DNA of 64,000 bases from Verrucomicrobiia bacterium (GCA_037441425.1 JBBISF010000001.1:632-64631); one strand, 5' to 3'. Shown: positions 13,632 through 23,233, counted from the stretch's first letter. A program made the numbers and translations. Notes: a model not told the origin generated them from the sequence alone.

Positions 13632-14099
13632 GTGATACGCCAAGGCGTTGCCGCGCTGGACCCCTCCGTGGCACCGGCAGTGCTCCCCTGCCGGCTGGTG
13701 ATAACCACGGGGAAAGTCTCAACCATTTTGCTCGTTGACGACGACGTCGAGTTGTTGAAGGCCCTGACCAAGGTGTTGGAGAAAGAAGGGTTCACTGTGC
13801 TCGCCCACCCGGACGCCGTCAGCGCGATGGACTACATCAACGCGACACATGCGCCGTTCGATCTGGTCGTCACGGATGTTTCCATGCCGCGGATGCAGGG
13901 GGTGACGTTCCTTCAGACCTTGAAAGCGGCGTTCCCCAAAATCCCGGTGATTATCATCACGGCGTTTGGCGATTGGGGGCAGTACATGGAAGCTGTCCGC
14001 GAAGGCGTGTACGAGTACCTGAGCAAACCGCTAGATAAGGCCCAATTGCTCCACACGATCCGCCGCGCCCTGGCCAACGGCGCGGCGGTGACCCAGTAA
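13632..14099 (+). CDS. stand-alone response regulator receiver protein (CheY-like)
   Basis: ILLVDDDVELLKAL...DLVVTDVSMPRMQG...YLSKP is the receiver pattern. The track start is GTG at 13632, but the true start may be GTG near 13716. Confidence 0.8.
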   Translation: MIRQGVAALDPSVAPAVLPCRLVITTGKVSTILLVDDDVELLKALTKVLEKEGFTVLAHPDAVSAMDYINATHAPFDLVVTDVSMPRMQGVTFLQTLKAAFPKIPVIIITAFGDWGQYMEAVREGVYEYLSKPLDKAQLLHTIRRALANGAAVTQ

Positions 14100-14111
14100 T
14101 CCCCCACCGGC

Positions 14112-15662
14112 TTACTGGCCGTAGCGTTGCTGGTACATCTTCCGGAGCGCTTCGGCTTCTTCAGGTTTCAATCCCTTGATCCAGATGTGTTCGTCGCGCG
14201 TCAGCAACGCGGCGACCTGTTTCCGGTATTTCTCACCCAGTTCCGGGCTTTTCTCCGCGGCGGCCTTGACCACCGCCGGCAGAAATGCGGTGTAGAAATG
14301 TTTGCCGACCTCGTACATGCCGTGCCAGTGCGTGTAGTCGGGCCCCATCATGCTCGCGCCGTGCCGGGCGCGCCGGCCTTCGTGATGCCACAACTCCCAG
14401 AACACCCATTGCACCTCATGCGCGAACGGCGCTTTCGGGTTGAGCACACCGTCCTGGGTCAACTCATCCATCATGGCCTGCGCCGGTTTGGCGAACTTGT
14501 TGTTGTACAACTCGACCAACTCGTCGAACTGGACGTAAAAATTGTCCACGTAGGTATGGTCGTGGCAATTGAGACACACGCCTTTCATCTTCGCGCGGCG
14601 TTGCTCCCACGTCGTGACGCTTCGCACCTTGCGCGGGACGATCCTGGCCACCAGCTTTTCATTTTCGACCACTTTCTCCGTGGTGTTCACCGTTTCACCG
14701 ACTTTCGGCAACGGCTTGTTTTCCGGGTAGTCTTCCTTGTACCCGTCCTCGTATGTGACCAGGTTCAGCTTGGTGCTGATGACCGGCCGCAATGTCCACG
14801 AGATGCGTTCGCCGACATCGTGACTGTTGCCTTGCGCCACCCCTTGCGGCGTCATGTAACTGCCAAGGTGACACGTCGCGCAGGTTGGCGCGGCGGAATA
14901 ATCTTTGCCGAGCACCCAATCGCCTTCCTTGTCGAGCGCCATCAAGTTGCGGTTGGCATAAAACGCGATGCCGTGTTTGCTCTCGTTGTAGATTTCGATC
15001 TGCGGATGATCCGGCCCCATGTGACATTTGCCGCAGTTTTCCGGCGACCGTGACAACTTCGCCTCGAAGGAATGCCGGGAATGACAGGCGTGACATGATC
15101 CTTTCGAACCGTCCGGGTTCAACCGCCCCATCCCGCTGTTGGGCCAGGTGTTCGGATCGAGCAACGGTTCGCCTTCCTTGCCATGGAGAATGTTCCCCTG
15201 CGCGTCCCGTTGAAATTTGACGATCGTGCCGTGGCACTGCCAGCAGCCATTCACGGCGTCGGCGATGTTGCCCGGCATCCCGGCCATCTTTTCCGCCAGC
15301 ACATTGTCGAGACTGGCCAGGATTTCACCCGCTTTCGCGTGATGACTTGCTTCAAACTCGTTGTACTCCGTGTCGTGGCACTGCGCGCAATCCTTGGGCG
15401 TCACTAATGTTGACACCCACACGCCTGCGTGTTTCCACACGCCCGGTTTGCTCTCCTTCGCGCCGTGGCAATCCCGGCAACCCACGCCTACCCCTGCGTG
15501 TCGCGAACGTTCCCACTCCATGACCAAAGCCGGCGAGTTCTTCCGGTGACAATCCACACAGGCTTTGTTCTCATCCGTGATGACCGGTTCCGGCTTTTCC
15601 GCCGCCCGTAATCCGGTCGTCAATCCCAATAAGAATAATCCGCAAACTACGGTACGCTTCAT
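14112..15662 (-). CDS. hao: octaheme c-type cytochrome, hydroxylamine oxidoreductase (HAO) family
   Basis: Sec signal peptide and exactly eight CxxCH motifs (CVDCH, CRDCH, CAQCH, CWQCH, CHACH, CGKCH, CATCH, CLNCH). HAO-like CGKCHMGPDHPQIEIY and WHHEGRRARHGASMMGPDYTHWHG segments. Confidence 0.85.
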   Translation of the reverse strand: MKRTVVCGLFLLGLTTGLRAAEKPEPVITDENKACVDCHRKNSPALVMEWERSRHAGVGVGCRDCHGAKESKPGVWKHAGVWVSTLVTPKDCAQCHDTEYNEFEASHHAKAGEILASLDNVLAEKMAGMPGNIADAVNGCWQCHGTIVKFQRDAQGNILHGKEGEPLLDPNTWPNSGMGRLNPDGSKGSCHACHSRHSFEAKLSRSPENCGKCHMGPDHPQIEIYNESKHGIAFYANRNLMALDKEGDWVLGKDYSAAPTCATCHLGSYMTPQGVAQGNSHDVGERISWTLRPVISTKLNLVTYEDGYKEDYPENKPLPKVGETVNTTEKVVENEKLVARIVPRKVRSVTTWEQRRAKMKGVCLNCHDHTYVDNFYVQFDELVELYNNKFAKPAQAMMDELTQDGVLNPKAPFAHEVQWVFWELWHHEGRRARHGASMMGPDYTHWHGMYEVGKHFYTAFLPAVVKAAAEKSPELGEKYRKQVAALLTRDEHIWIKGLKPEEAEALRKMYQQRYGQ

Positions 15663-15682
15663 AATTCAGCCTCCGTTACGCC

Positions 15683-16423
15683 TCAGCCGAGGCGAATGCC
15701 CACAATCAGCCCTGCGGCGTATACCAGCGAGTACGCCACCTCCATCCAACCCAGTCGCTTAATCCGCAAGACCGGCGACAATCGCACCGCGCCCACCACC
15801 GCCCGCGTTACCACCGGCACGAACGCCAACACCACCCACCATGAAAAACCCGCCACCCCCATCAGCGCCAGCAAAAAAACTGTCAGGCAACCGTGATACA
15901 GCAGATTGGCGCGCACCGCCTCTGTGCGACCGCGTTTCATGGCCGCGGCAATGTGCATCTTCACATAGAACACGCCGCCGGCAAAATAGAGCGCGTTCAA
16001 TAACCACAGCCAGAAGGCCCACCGATTCAGTTGTCCGGTCGCCGCGTACCACGCCGCCGGGGCCGTCAGCGTCAATCCGGCTACCGCCAGCAACTGCATC
16101 GGCACCGCGCGCTCGGTTTTTCGAAACGCCAACGGCGCCGCCACCACGCCAACCGCAGCTAACCACCACAAGTTCCATACCACCAGCAGCGGCAGGACCG
16201 TCGCCCCGCTCAGCGCTAACAACAGAACCATCCACTGCGTGGCGCCCTTCAAATAACTCGTCCGCGCCAGATAAAAACAGAGGAGGCTCGCCAGCAGCAG
16301 CGTCACCGGCAAGTTCCACACTCCGGCCACGCCGACGGCAGTTGCAAAGGGAATCAGCAAAATGCCCCACGCCCCGTGTTCCCGGGGCAGCGGCGGCTTG
16401 CGGGCTTGAGGAGTCGTCAGCAC
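15683..16423 (-). CDS. YwiC-like family integral membrane protein
   Basis: 246 aa and about 8 TM helices. The N-terminal PREHGAWGILLIPF motif is as recalled for YwiC-like proteins. It sits between norZ and hao with gaps of 1 nt and 20 nt. Confidence 0.6.
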   Translation of the reverse strand: MLTTPQARKPPLPREHGAWGILLIPFATAVGVAGVWNLPVTLLLASLLCFYLARTSYLKGATQWMVLLLALSGATVLPLLVVWNLWWLAAVGVVAAPLAFRKTERAVPMQLLAVAGLTLTAPAAWYAATGQLNRWAFWLWLLNALYFAGGVFYVKMHIAAAMKRGRTEAVRANLLYHGCLTVFLLALMGVAGFSWWVVLAFVPVVTRAVVGAVRLSPVLRIKRLGWMEVAYSLVYAAGLIVGIRLG

Positions 16424-16424
16424 A

Positions 16425-18674
16425 TCAGTCTGTCTTCACCGACCAACCGGTCTTCAAGCCGATCACGAACCAACCGAGCGCCAGCGCGCCGACGGCAAAG
16501 ATGCTGTCACCGATCACCCGTAACCAGCGCAACCGTTCCATCAGACCGGTCTGCAAAAACTCCGCCGACCGGGCGTACCACATGCCGTGTTCGACACTGG
16601 CCAGAGTTTGCAGGAAACCGATGGGCAGCAGACTCAGCAATACCATCAGCGCCAACCCGCCGTTGATCGCCCAGAACGAGAACCGTAACGCCCCCGTGCG
16701 CCAAGCCTGGTGCGTCGCCAGCCCGCGCAGACAGAACAGCATCAACCCGATCCCCAACATGCCGTACACGCCGAACAACGCCGTGTGCGCGTGGACCGGC
16801 GTCGTATTCAATCCCTGCATGTAGTACAGCGCGATGGGCGGATTGATGAAGAAGCCGAACAGTCCGGCGCCCACCAGATTCCAAAACCCGACAGCCACGA
16901 AAAAGTAAATCGGCCACCGGTAGGTCGCCACCCAATCCCGCGCCCGGCTCAGGGTCAGATTGCCGTACGCCTCAAACCCGATCAGCACTAGCGGCACCAC
17001 CTCCAGCGCGCTGAACGTCGCGCCCAACGCCAAAATCGCCGTCGGCGTGCCGGTGAAATACAAGTGATGGAACGTCCCGATGATGCCGCCCGACAGGAAA
17101 ATCACCGTCGAAAACAACACCGCGCTCGTGGCGCCGGTCACGCGCAGCAGTCCCATCCGCACGAATAAAAACGCCATCACCACCGTGGCGAACACTTCAA
17201 AAAATCCTTCCACCCACAAGTGCACCACCCACCACCGCCAGTATTCCGCCAGCGCGAGATGGGTTTGCCGATGCCACATCAACCCGGCGCCGTAGAATCC
17301 CGCAATCGCCAACGACGCGATCAGAAACAGGGCCAGCAAATGCCGGCTCTCACTCGGTTTCTTCAGGACCGGCCACAACGCCCGCCCCATCAACCCCAGC
17401 CAGACGAACAACCCCACGAATAGGAACAACTGCCAGAACCGGCCGAGATCCACGTACTCGTAGCCCTGCTCGCCAAACCAGAAATTCGTCACCAACCCGA
17501 GCTTCTGCTCGATGCCGAGCCATTCGCCGAACAGCGACCCGGCCACGATGATCAACAGACAGACGAACAGGAAATTTACTCCGGCCCGCTGAAACTTCGG
17601 CTCGTACCCCGACACGGCGGGCGCGACGAACAACCCGGTCGCCAGCCACGCTGTCGCGATCCAGAAAATCCCCAACTGCGTGTGCCACGTCCGCGTCACG
17701 GCATACGGCAACCATTTTGCGAGTGGAATGCCGTAGAACCCGCCGCCTTCCACGCCGTAATGCGCCGTGATGGCCCCCATGCCGACCTGCACCAGCAGCA
17801 ACAACATGACCACCCAGAAATACTTCAACGTTGCGCGCATCGAAGGCGTGGGCGTCAACGCCCGCAACGGATCCGTCGCCGGGATCGCATCGCCATTCCC
17901 GTTACCGTGTTTCTTTTCCGCCGCCGAATACCATGCCAGCGCACCCACGCCGGCCAGCAACAACACAAAACTGATCACCGACCACACCACCAACGAACCG
18001 GCCGGCCGGTTATCAATCAACTCTTCCGACGGCCAGTTTTGCGTGTACGTGATCGCCTGTCCGGGGCGGTCGGTGGCGCACGCCCAGGCCGCCCACCAGA
18101 AAAACGCGTTCATCTTCCGCTGTCGTTCCGGGTCCTTGATCGTATCGGCGGGAACGGCATACGCATCGCGCAGTTTGGCCAGCGCCGGATCATGGCCAAA
18201 CAATCCCGCATAATGTTGCCCCACCGCCGCGATGGCCGCGGCGCGCAATGGGGACACCACCAAGTCGCCGGTATCGCCGTGATAAGTGTTGGCGCGAATC
18301 TCGTCTTTGAGCCGCGCTTTCAACTGCGCCCGGGTTTCATCGTCGAGCTGCGCGAAGGATTTTCCATGCTCCGTCTGCGCCCAGTGATCGAGCATCCAGG
18401 TCAATTCCCGGTGCAATTCGTCTGCCGTCCAATCCGGCGCCACATAGGCGCCGTGGCCCCAGATCGTGCCGACCTCCTGTCCGCCCATGGATTGCCAGAC
18501 GTTCTGGCCGTCGCGGATGTCCTGGCCGGTAAACAACACCTGCCCGTCGGTGGTCATCACCCGTCGCGGAATCGGCGGGGCCATCCGGTAAATCTCGTGG
18601 CCGAAAAATCCGAGCACGCTGAAGGAGCAGACAATCACCAACCCAAATGCAACCCAAAGCCGCCGATAGTTCAT
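16425..18674 (-). CDS. norZ: quinol-dependent nitric oxide reductase (qNOR, NorZ-type large subunit)
   Basis: 749 aa. It has an N-terminal TM helix plus the periplasmic extension typical of qNOR, then a heme-copper-oxidase-like core (HLWVEGFFE, FHHLYFTG, HTALFGVYG). Confidence 0.9.
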   Translation of the reverse strand: MNYRRLWVAFGLVIVCSFSVLGFFGHEIYRMAPPIPRRVMTTDGQVLFTGQDIRDGQNVWQSMGGQEVGTIWGHGAYVAPDWTADELHRELTWMLDHWAQTEHGKSFAQLDDETRAQLKARLKDEIRANTYHGDTGDLVVSPLRAAAIAAVGQHYAGLFGHDPALAKLRDAYAVPADTIKDPERQRKMNAFFWWAAWACATDRPGQAITYTQNWPSEELIDNRPAGSLVVWSVISFVLLLAGVGALAWYSAAEKKHGNGNGDAIPATDPLRALTPTPSMRATLKYFWVVMLLLLVQVGMGAITAHYGVEGGGFYGIPLAKWLPYAVTRTWHTQLGIFWIATAWLATGLFVAPAVSGYEPKFQRAGVNFLFVCLLIIVAGSLFGEWLGIEQKLGLVTNFWFGEQGYEYVDLGRFWQLFLFVGLFVWLGLMGRALWPVLKKPSESRHLLALFLIASLAIAGFYGAGLMWHRQTHLALAEYWRWWVVHLWVEGFFEVFATVVMAFLFVRMGLLRVTGATSAVLFSTVIFLSGGIIGTFHHLYFTGTPTAILALGATFSALEVVPLVLIGFEAYGNLTLSRARDWVATYRWPIYFFVAVGFWNLVGAGLFGFFINPPIALYYMQGLNTTPVHAHTALFGVYGMLGIGLMLFCLRGLATHQAWRTGALRFSFWAINGGLALMVLLSLLPIGFLQTLASVEHGMWYARSAEFLQTGLMERLRWLRVIGDSIFAVGALALGWFVIGLKTGWSVKTD

Positions 18675-18724
18675 GCCGGCCTCCCCGTCGCGATCTTCTT
18701 CCGGATGGTTTTGATAAGGCTCAT
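18671..18724 (-). CDS. 17-codon upstream ORF overlapping the norZ start (speculative leader or micro-protein)
   Basis: Hand translation: ATG at 18724, MSLIKTIRKKIATGRPA, TGA overlapping the norZ ATG (ATGA). AAAGGAGAG lies 9 nt upstream of its ATG. Confidence 0.25.
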   Translation of the reverse strand: MSLIKTIRKKIATGRPA

Positions 18725-18867
18725 CTTGTCGCTCTCCTTTGGATGTCTTCGATCACCACCGCGCGCCACGATACGCGGTCGCCGCGCCGGGCGAATTGAC
18801 GCAGGTCAACTCCGTCGCGATGAGACACCGCCGGCATCAGCCGGGGATTACGACTGGACCAAAGGGG

Positions 18868-20277
18868 CTACTCGCCGCCCTTGCCGCGGATGCCGGGCTC
18901 GGTGAGTTGCCGGAGATTGAAGATTGCGTCGAGCTGCTTTGCGCTGAGACCGGACTTTTCGCGGGCGACTTCCCGGACGGTCTTACCTTCTTTGTAGGCC
19001 GTCTTGGCGATTTCAGCCGCTTTGTCGTAGCCGATCACCGGAGCGAGCGGCGTGCACATCGCGAGGCTTTGTTCAACGAGCGACCCGCAGCGTTCCCGGT
19101 CCGCCTCGATGCCCTTCACACAAGCGTCGGCAAAGTTCCGCGCGCCGGCAGCGAGGAGCTGAACGCTCTCCAGCATCTGCGCGCCGATGAGCGGCATGCC
19201 GACGTTCAACTCAAAGAAACTCTGCAACCCGCCCAGCGTGACCGACAAGTCAGCGCCGATGACCCAGAGACACACTTGGATCAGACTTTCCGCAATGACC
19301 GGGTTCACCTTGCCGGGCATAATCGAGCTGCCGGGTTGGACGGCCGGGATCTTGAGTTCGCCGAGGCCGCACCGCGGGCCGCTGCCGAGCAACCGGATAT
19401 CGTTGGCGATTTTGGCGAGGCTGACCGCGACAGTTTTCAGGCTGCCGTTCGCCTCGACGCAGGCGTCGCGGGTGGCCGCGGCTTCGAAGTGATTGCCGGC
19501 TTCGGTCAGCTTCATGCCGAGTTCCTTGCCGAGCTTGGCGATGGTTTGCTTCGGAAACTCCGGGTGCGCGTTCAGACCGGAACCGACGGCGGTGCCGCCG
19601 AGCGGCAATTCGCTGAGAATGGCGATGGCGCGTTTGGCGCGCGTGATGCCTTGCTCGACCTGCGCCGCATAGCCGCCAAATTCCTGGCCGAGCCTTACAG
19701 GCGTCGCGTCCTGCAAGTGGGTTCGGCCAATTTTGATGATGCCGTCGAAGGCTGTGGCTTTCTTCGCGAGTTCGCCGTGGAGATGTTGCAGCGCCGGCAA
19801 CAGCTCATCCTGAATCGCCTGGATGACGCCGAGATGGATCGCCGTCGGGAACACATCGTTGCTGGACTGGCAGAGATTGACGTGGTCGTTGGGATGGACC
19901 GGTGACTTGTCACCACGTTTACCGCCCAGGATTTCATTGGCCCGGCTGGCGATCACCTCGTTGGTGTTCATGTTGGTCGAGGTGCCGGAGCCGGTTTGGA
20001 AGATGTCCACCGGAAACTGCGCGTCGAGCTTGCCGTCCACCACTTCGGTCGCCGCGGCGATAATGGCTTCCGCGACCTTCTTCTCCGTCAATCCGAGTTC
20101 GAGATTCGTTTTGGCCGCGGCGCGTTTGATGCGGCCCATGGCGTGAATCAAACGCGGGGGCAACGGCCACCCGCTGATGGGGAAGTTGGTGACGGCGCGC
20201 TGGGTCTGCACGCCATAGTACGCGTCCACCGGTACTTCCAGCGGACCCATCGAATCTTTTTCAGTGCGTGTTTTCAT
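18868..20277 (-). CDS. fumC: class II fumarate hydratase
   Basis: An internal ATG at 20277 (MKTRTEKDSMGPLEVP) gives 469 aa. Motifs GSSIMPGKVNP, QSSNDVFPTA and SGPRCGLGEL match FumC better than aspartase. The upstream 259 codons of the 728-aa track ORF overlap nuoN out of frame. Confidence 0.85.
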   Translation of the reverse strand: MKTRTEKDSMGPLEVPVDAYYGVQTQRAVTNFPISGWPLPPRLIHAMGRIKRAAAKTNLELGLTEKKVAEAIIAAATEVVDGKLDAQFPVDIFQTGSGTSTNMNTNEVIASRANEILGGKRGDKSPVHPNDHVNLCQSSNDVFPTAIHLGVIQAIQDELLPALQHLHGELAKKATAFDGIIKIGRTHLQDATPVRLGQEFGGYAAQVEQGITRAKRAIAILSELPLGGTAVGSGLNAHPEFPKQTIAKLGKELGMKLTEAGNHFEAAATRDACVEANGSLKTVAVSLAKIANDIRLLGSGPRCGLGELKIPAVQPGSSIMPGKVNPVIAESLIQVCLWVIGADLSVTLGGLQSFFELNVGMPLIGAQMLESVQLLAAGARNFADACVKGIEADRERCGSLVEQSLAMCTPLAPVIGYDKAAEIAKTAYKEGKTVREVAREKSGLSAKQLDAIFNLRQLTEPGIRGKGGE

Positions 20278-21716
20278 CGTAGTCCAAAGATGCTGGCGGC
20301 GTCCACGGCGGCGTCCACGAGCGGGCGCTGGAAAATCCCGATCCCGATCATGGCGATCATGCAAATGTAGAGCGCCACGCGCATCGCCGGGCTGACCGGG
20401 ATGGGCGTGGTGTCCGTGGCTTCTTGCAGGTAAATGGCGCGGCCGATATTGAAATAGAAATACAGCGAAACCACCACCGCGGCGGCGCCGATGCCGGCCA
20501 ATGCGTAATACCGGGAATCCCATTGCGCGCGTTCGATCACGGCGGCGAACAACTGGAATTTGCCGAAGAACCCGCTCAGCGGCGGCACGCCCGCGAGTGA
20601 GGCCATCGCGAGGAACAGCGCGACGCCCAGAATCGGCGAGCGTTTGCCCAGCCCGGCGAATGCCGGAATGTCGTCGCTGCCGATGACTTTGGTCGCCGCG
20701 ATGATGGCGAGGAAGGCGCAGAGGTTGGTGAAGGCGTATTGACCGAGATAGAACAGCACCGCGCCCGCGCCCAAGGCGTTCACCGCCGCCAAGCCCATCA
20801 GCATGTAACCGGCGTGTCCGATGGAGGAGTAACCGAGCAGGCGTTTGATATTGCGTTGGGGCAATGCGCCGAGGTTGCCGTACACCAACGTGGCCGCGGC
20901 CAGCACAAGCACCAGCGTCATCCAGAGGTGATTCACCGGCAAGAGTCCCACCAACATCACGCGCAGCAAGAGCGCGAATCCGGCGGCTTTGCTGCCGGTG
21001 GCGAGAAACGCCGTGACCGGCGTCGGCGCGCCCTGGTAAACGTCCGGCGCCCAAATCTGGAACGGCACGCTCGCGATCTTGAAGCCGAGGCCGGTCACCA
21101 CCAGCAGCATCCCCAGTTTGAACGCAGCGCCCGTCGCGCCGTGTTCAAGAGTCGCCGCCAGCGTGTCGAAGTTCGTCGTGCCGGTCGTGCCGAAGATGTA
21201 GGCGATGCCGTAAACAGTGAACCCGCTGGAGAGCGCGCCGAGGATCAAATACTTGGTGCCGGCTTCCAGCGAGGTCAGTTGCCGACGCAGATAGCTCGTC
21301 AGGATGTAGAAGGTGATCGTCACCAGCTCCAGCGCGACAAACAGGAGAATGAAGTCGTTGACCGAGGCGATAATCAACATGCCGGTGGCGGCCAACAGCA
21401 CCAGCGCATAAAATTCCGCCATTCCACCTTCAATCCGGTCCGCAAACTCGGCGCTGGCCACCAAGACCAACGCCGTCACGACGAGAAACAACCGCTTGAA
21501 GAAGAGCGCGAAGGCGTCCAGCCGGTAGGTTCCGTGGAAGAACGTGTTCGCCACCGGGTGCATGAGAAAACTGGCGACTAAGGTGAGGCCAACCAACACG
21601 GCCAAGAGCAAACCGAGCTTCCGCTTGTCCGCAGTCGGCCGAAAGGCATCAGTCAACAGCGTTCCCAGCGCCAGCACCACCAGCAAACATTCCAATTGGG
21701 TCGCGTACAGACTCAT
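20274..21716 (-). CDS. nuoN: NADH-quinone oxidoreductase subunit N
   Basis: Start MSLYATQLE at 21716 overlaps the nuoM stop (ATGA). Polytopic antiporter-like subunit in last position in the nuo order. Confidence 0.9.
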   Translation of the reverse strand: MSLYATQLECLLVVLALGTLLTDAFRPTADKRKLGLLLAVLVGLTLVASFLMHPVANTFFHGTYRLDAFALFFKRLFLVVTALVLVASAEFADRIEGGMAEFYALVLLAATGMLIIASVNDFILLFVALELVTITFYILTSYLRRQLTSLEAGTKYLILGALSSGFTVYGIAYIFGTTGTTNFDTLAATLEHGATGAAFKLGMLLVVTGLGFKIASVPFQIWAPDVYQGAPTPVTAFLATGSKAAGFALLLRVMLVGLLPVNHLWMTLVLVLAAATLVYGNLGALPQRNIKRLLGYSSIGHAGYMLMGLAAVNALGAGAVLFYLGQYAFTNLCAFLAIIAATKVIGSDDIPAFAGLGKRSPILGVALFLAMASLAGVPPLSGFFGKFQLFAAVIERAQWDSRYYALAGIGAAAVVVSLYFYFNIGRAIYLQEATDTTPIPVSPAMRVALYICMIAMIGIGIFQRPLVDAAVDAASIFGLR

Positions 21717-23233
21717 CGCTTCTCCATTTGTGCAAATCCGTGTGAATCTGTGGCCACAATTTTGTCCGCCACGGTCTTCTGAATGATGTCGGTCAGCAAC
21801 CGGGGACAGAACCCCACGGTCAGCAGCACCACAATCAGCAACACATAGGGGAACTTCTTCAATGGACCAACTGCGTCCCTGAGCATGTTCCACTTCTCAT
21901 CGAATGGGCCGAAGAAACTGATTCGCACGGCCCACAAGAGGTACGTGGCCGTTACCACAATGCCCCAGACGGCGCAGATGGTGGCGATGCGGAACACGGT
22001 CGAACCCTGCTTCCAGGCACCGATGAACACCATCACTTCGCTCACAAAATTCGCAAACCCCGGCAGTCCGCTCGAGGCCATCGCCGCCATCACCATGCAC
22101 ACGCCGATGAACGGAATCTTCCGCGCCAGCCCGCTCAGGTCCGGCACGTTACGATTATGCGTCTGGTGATAGAAGAAGCCGATCAACGAAAACGTCAGCG
22201 CCGCCATGATGCCGTGGGCGAACATCAGCAGCACCGCGCCGCTCACGCCAATGACGTTCAACGTCGCGATGCCCAATAGCACGTAGCCCATGTGACTGAC
22301 CGAGCTGTAGCCGATGACAAACTTCCAATCCTTCTGCGTCAACGCCGACCAACCGGCGTACAGAATGTTGAAGCACGCCAGAATGGCGATCAGGTTCGCC
22401 CAATGGCGCGCGCCTTCCGGCAACAACGGCAGCGCGAGCCGGATGATCCCGTACGCGCCGAGTTTCTTCAGCACGCCGGCATGCATCATGGACGCCGCCG
22501 TCGGCGCCGCGGCGTAACCAAGCGGCGACCAGGTGTGAAACGGCCACATCGACGCGAGGAAACCGAAGCCGAACAGCAGACAGCCGAACACCCACTTCTG
22601 CGTATTCGACGCCACCCACACGCTCCGCTGCAACTTCTCGATGTCCATCGTCCCGCCGGTAAAATAAATCGTCAGCAACCCGATCAACGCCAGCACCGCG
22701 CCCGCCGTCAGATACAGCGTCAACTTCATCGTGGCGTATTCTTTCGTGCGCCCGTGCTTGCCGGGCGGCAGCGACCCGTACATCCCGATCAGTAAGTACA
22801 TCGGGATCACCGCCATCTCGTAGAAGAAATAGAAGAAGAACAAATCCATCGTGCAGAACGTCCCGCTGATCCCGGTCGTCAACGCGAGAAACAGGATGTA
22901 GTACTCCTTTTGCCGCTCGTGGATCTCGCTGCTGACCAGCGTGCCGGCAAACGACACGAACCCGACCAACAGCAAGAGCGTCATCGAAATCCCGTCCACG
23001 CCAAACTTCAGCGAACACCCGAAACTCGGCAGCCATTCGATGCTGTAGACGAACTGATAGCCGCTTTGCGACCGGTCAAACTGCGAAAAGATATAAAGGA
23101 TCAGCAGCAAGGACACACCGGTTGCGGTGATCGCCAGCGCCCGGATCGCCCCTGGTTTGTTGGCCGGAAACAAGAACGTCAAAAACGCCGCCGCCAGCGG
23201 CAGTAGAATCGCTATGGTTAACAGGTTTTCCAT
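21713..23233 (-). CDS. nuoM: NADH-quinone oxidoreductase subunit M
   Basis: 506 aa, Mrp-antiporter-like (WLPSF..., HAGVLKKLGAYGIIR), positioned before nuoN. Confidence 0.92.
   Translation of the reverse strand: MENLLTIAILLPLAAAFLTFLFPANKPGAIRALAITATGVSLLLILYIFSQFDRSQSGYQFVYSIEWLPSFGCSLKFGVDGISMTLLLLVGFVSFAGTLVSSEIHERQKEYYILFLALTTGISGTFCTMDLFFFYFFYEMAVIPMYLLIGMYGSLPPGKHGRTKEYATMKLTLYLTAGAVLALIGLLTIYFTGGTMDIEKLQRSVWVASNTQKWVFGCLLFGFGFLASMWPFHTWSPLGYAAAPTAASMMHAGVLKKLGAYGIIRLALPLLPEGARHWANLIAILACFNILYAGWSALTQKDWKFVIGYSSVSHMGYVLLGIATLNVIGVSGAVLLMFAHGIMAALTFSLIGFFYHQTHNRNVPDLSGLARKIPFIGVCMVMAAMASSGLPGFANFVSEVMVFIGAWKQGSTVFRIATICAVWGIVVTATYLLWAVRISFFGPFDEKWNMLRDAVGPLKKFPYVLLIVVLLTVGFCPRLLTDIIQKTVADKIVATDSHGFAQMEKR

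Noticed and set aside
18868-21054. 728-aa ORF taken at face value as one gene.
   Set aside because: The first 259 codons overlap nuoN in another frame and are Arg/Gly-rich nonsense. A canonical FumC N-terminus begins at ATG 20277, exactly overlapping the nuoN stop.
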